This document shows, piece by piece, positions 61,205 to 64,000 of a DNA stretch of 64,000 nucleotides (the first letter of the stretch is position 1; the number at the start of each line of letters is the position of its first letter). The notes under the pieces are model-generated. The model had not been told where the DNA came from, made no database searches, and worked only from the letters and a program-made list of their open reading frames with translations. Origin of the DNA: Felis catus (taxonomy: Eukaryota); assembly GCF_018350175.1 (NCBI RefSeq), contig NC_058368.1, positions 24,802,001 through 24,866,000 on the forward strand, in the 5' to 3' direction. Both the position numbers and the translations under genes were made by a program.

Positions 61205-61633
61205 GTAATGTAACTCGGGGAAGTGGCTTTTTATTGAGGGTATTATCAACCTGGAAAACTAGCAAATTTTCAAGAATGTGACACAAACCAGCAAAACTAC
61301 ATTTTAAGCTAAGCTTAAAACCAAAGTTGTGTTTTGTTATTTTCCTGTCATTTTTTTTTTTCCTTTCAAGTCTTTAAATTTTCTTTCAGTTATTTTGGAA
61401 CTCTGTTATTAGATTTCTAAATATTTTAGATGGCTTGTCCTTTTAATGAACCACTCCTTTCTCATCATGGCATGGCCTTCTTTATTCCTGGTAATATTCT
61501 TTTCTTTGAAATCTACTTTTTCTGGTGTTAATATAACTACTCCAGCTTTTTCTTGATTAATTTTAACATGACATATCTTTTTCCAGTCTTATTTTTAGAT
61601 TTGTATAAATAACAAATTATCTTTTAAAGAGGC

Positions 61634-61839
61634 TTTCAACGTTTATTTATTTTTGGGACAGAGAGAGACAGAGCATGAACAGGGGAGGGGCAGAGAGAGA
61701 GGGAGACACAGAATCGGAAACAGGCTCCAGGCTCTGAGCCATCAGCCCAGAGCCCGACGCGGGGCTCGAACTCACAGACCACAAGATCGTGACCTGGCTG
61801 AAGTCGGACGCTTAACCGACTGCGCCACCCAGGCGCCCC
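61634..61839 (-). mobile_element. SINEC_Fc, young, lacking a poly-A tail
   Basis: TSD TAAAGAGGCTTTCAA at 61625-61639 and 61840-61854. Confidence 0.95.
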
Positions 61840-62038
61840 TAAAGAGGCTTTCAAAATAAGGGGAAAAGGTGCTATACTTACTTAGACATTTGCCATTCCT
61901 GGTGCTTTTCTTTTCGTGGTGCAGATCCAGATTTTCATCTGATATCATTTGCTTTCTATCTGAAATATTTCTAGTAGTGTGAAATCCTCCACTGGTGAGG
62001 ATGCATTTCAGCTTCCACATGCCTAAAAAGTCTTTATT

Positions 62039-62264
62039 CTTTTTTTTTTTAATTTTTTTTTCAACGTTTATTTATTTTTGGGACAGAGAGAGACAGAGCA
62101 TGAACGGGGGAGGGGCAGAGAGAGAGGGAGACACAGAATCGGAAACAGGCTCCAGGCTCTGAGCCGTCAGCCCAGAGCCTGACGCGGGGCTCGAACTCAC
62201 GGACTGCGAGATCGTGACCTGGCTGAAGTCAGACGCTCAACCGACTGCGCCACCCAGGCGCCCC
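62039..62264 (-). mobile_element. SINEC_Fc, young subfamily
   Basis: Perfect 15-bp TSD TAAAAAGTCTTTATT at 62024-62038 and 62265-62279. Confidence 0.95.
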
Positions 62265-64000
62265 TAAAAAGTCTTTATTTCATTTTCATGTTTGAAAGAT
62301 ATTTTCTCTGAGTATGGAATTCTAGGTTGGTAGTTTTTTCTTCCAGTACTTTAAAGATAATGTTCTTTGTCTTCTGGCTTGCATTGTTTCTGCTGATAAA
62401 TCTGTTGTCATTCTTAACTTCATTCCTTTGTACATAATGTCTTTTTTTCTCTGGCATATTTTCAGATTTTCTCTTTATCACTGGTTTCAAGCAAATTGAT
62501 GATGATGGGCTTTGGTGTTTCTCATGCTTGAGGTTTGTTGAACTTCTTGAAACTGAGGGCTTATAGTTTTCATCAACTGTGGGAAATTTTGGTTTTTATT
62601 TCCTCAGATACGTTTCCTGTACTACCCAGCGCAGTTTGTTTTTGAGGGACACATATTTGTCCAAATCCACACATATTTGGTCATTTGAAGTTGTCCCAGG
62701 GTTCACTGATACTCTATTCATTTTTCCCCTGTTTCATTTTTCCTCACTACGTTTCATTTGGGATCATTTCTATTGCTTTGTCTTCAAATTCACTGAGCTC
62801 TTTCTTCTGCAGTGTCTAATCTTACATTGGTTCCATCCAGTGTGTATAGTATTTCTTTTTTATCTCAGACATTATAGTTTTCATGTATAAAAATTTGAGG
62901 AGGGTCTTTTAAAAGGCATCTCCCGTATCTCTTTCCTCTACCTTCTTGAACATATAGAGCATAATTATAGTAACTGTTATTTCTGAGTCTGTTTCTATTA
63001 ATTGATTTTTATCTTCATTATAGGTCATATTTTACTGCTTCTTTGCATGCCTACTAATTTTATTGTATGTGAGGCCTTGTGAATTTCACCTTGCTATGGG
63101 CTGGATACATCCGTATGCCTTTAAATATTCTTAAATTTTGTCCTGGGATGCAGTTAAGTTACTTAAACACAGTTTGATCCTTTGCAGGCTAACTTAAAAG
63201 TTCAATTAGTCTTGAGCTAATTTTGTCTCTCAATACTGAGATAATCTCCTGTGAGTACTGAACTTCAGGTTCCATGTATCATGAGGTTTTAACACTCCAA
63301 CTGGTGGGAACCAAATTATCTACAGTGCTGTGTGAGTTCCAAGAATCATTCTGCCCCTTCGTTTCTGACAGCTCTGGTCCACACACACATGTGCTGAGTT
63401 AACTCACTTTACCCAGCTAAAGACCTGAGGCAAACCCTCTGAAAATGTCTGGAGCTTTCTTTCTAGATGAATCTGTCCTTTCCCGGCAGCTCTCCCCTCT
63501 CTGGTATTCTGCCCCACAAATTCCAGGCACCTTGGCTTCCTTGAGGTCTCAATCCTGTCCTGTCAACTCAGAGGGACTACTGTGCTCCGTTTGGGTTCTC
63601 TCTCCCTGCGTTGCAGCCTGGAAACTCTTCGTGTAACACACTGGGATAATCTTAGGGCTCACCAGATTTGCTTTCCTTATTTCAGGGGCAGACTGTTTTG
63701 TGCTTCCTATTATCCAGCATCTGAGCAACATTGTTTCATATGTTTTTCATTGTGTTTGGGTGTTTAAGGCAAAAAAGGAAATCTGGTCCCCGTTACCAGA
63801 CCATGGCCAGAAGCAGAATTTCCTGTTAGTTCTTCACAAGACAATTTTTGATACCTTTTAGAGTTTAATATAAACTGAATTAATGTGAGAGCCATGTGGC
63901 ATGTTACTTGAAGAAGGTAGAATATAATATGTAAGTAGAAAATAAATTATCGGAAAAGTCAACAATTTTTGGTACAAAACCGTGAGCCTGGGAAGAATTT

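Larger units (their letters stand above)
61370..63830 (-). mobile_element. Old L1M 5'/ORF1/ORF2-start fragment in intron 13, interrupted by two SINEs
   Basis: Minus-strand ORF 62275-62490 contains NIIFKVLEEK, a decayed ORF1p C-terminus; ORF2 endonuclease-region antisense text aatataactactccagctttttcttgatt. Confidence 0.8.

Overview
Mammalian (felid, judged from about 27 SINEC_Fc-type tRNA-derived SINEs and L1_Fc-type 3' ends) genomic DNA containing the 5' four-fifths of LCP1 (L-plastin/plastin-2) on the + strand. A non-coding exon 1 lies at about 24392-24502, followed by a 19-kb intron 1 and coding exons 2-13 (43565-61204). All introns are GT-AG, and the exons join into an unbroken 1502-nt frame covering both EF-hands and CH1-CH3; the last exons lie beyond the window. 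The 24 kb upstream is mostly repeats (SINEC, MIR, L1, L2, HAL1, MaLR LTRs, hAT/Tigger MITEs), with a GC-rich segment at about 400-1120 that may be a distal or divergent promoter. Apart from the LCP1 exon-overlapping ones, the ORF-track entries are spurious or repeat-derived. I found no evidence of a novel multi-gene system. The best leads are regulatory and splicing-level: a reconstituted 5' splice site at the exon10/11 junction, a competing stop-introducing acceptor before exon 11, candidate upstream exons, PU.1/EICE/CTCF/CArG sites, inverted SINE pairs, unusual retrotransposition footprints, and a Y124F substitution. Repeat family names and cross-species comparisons come from recall of consensus or orthologue sequences, not from a database search.
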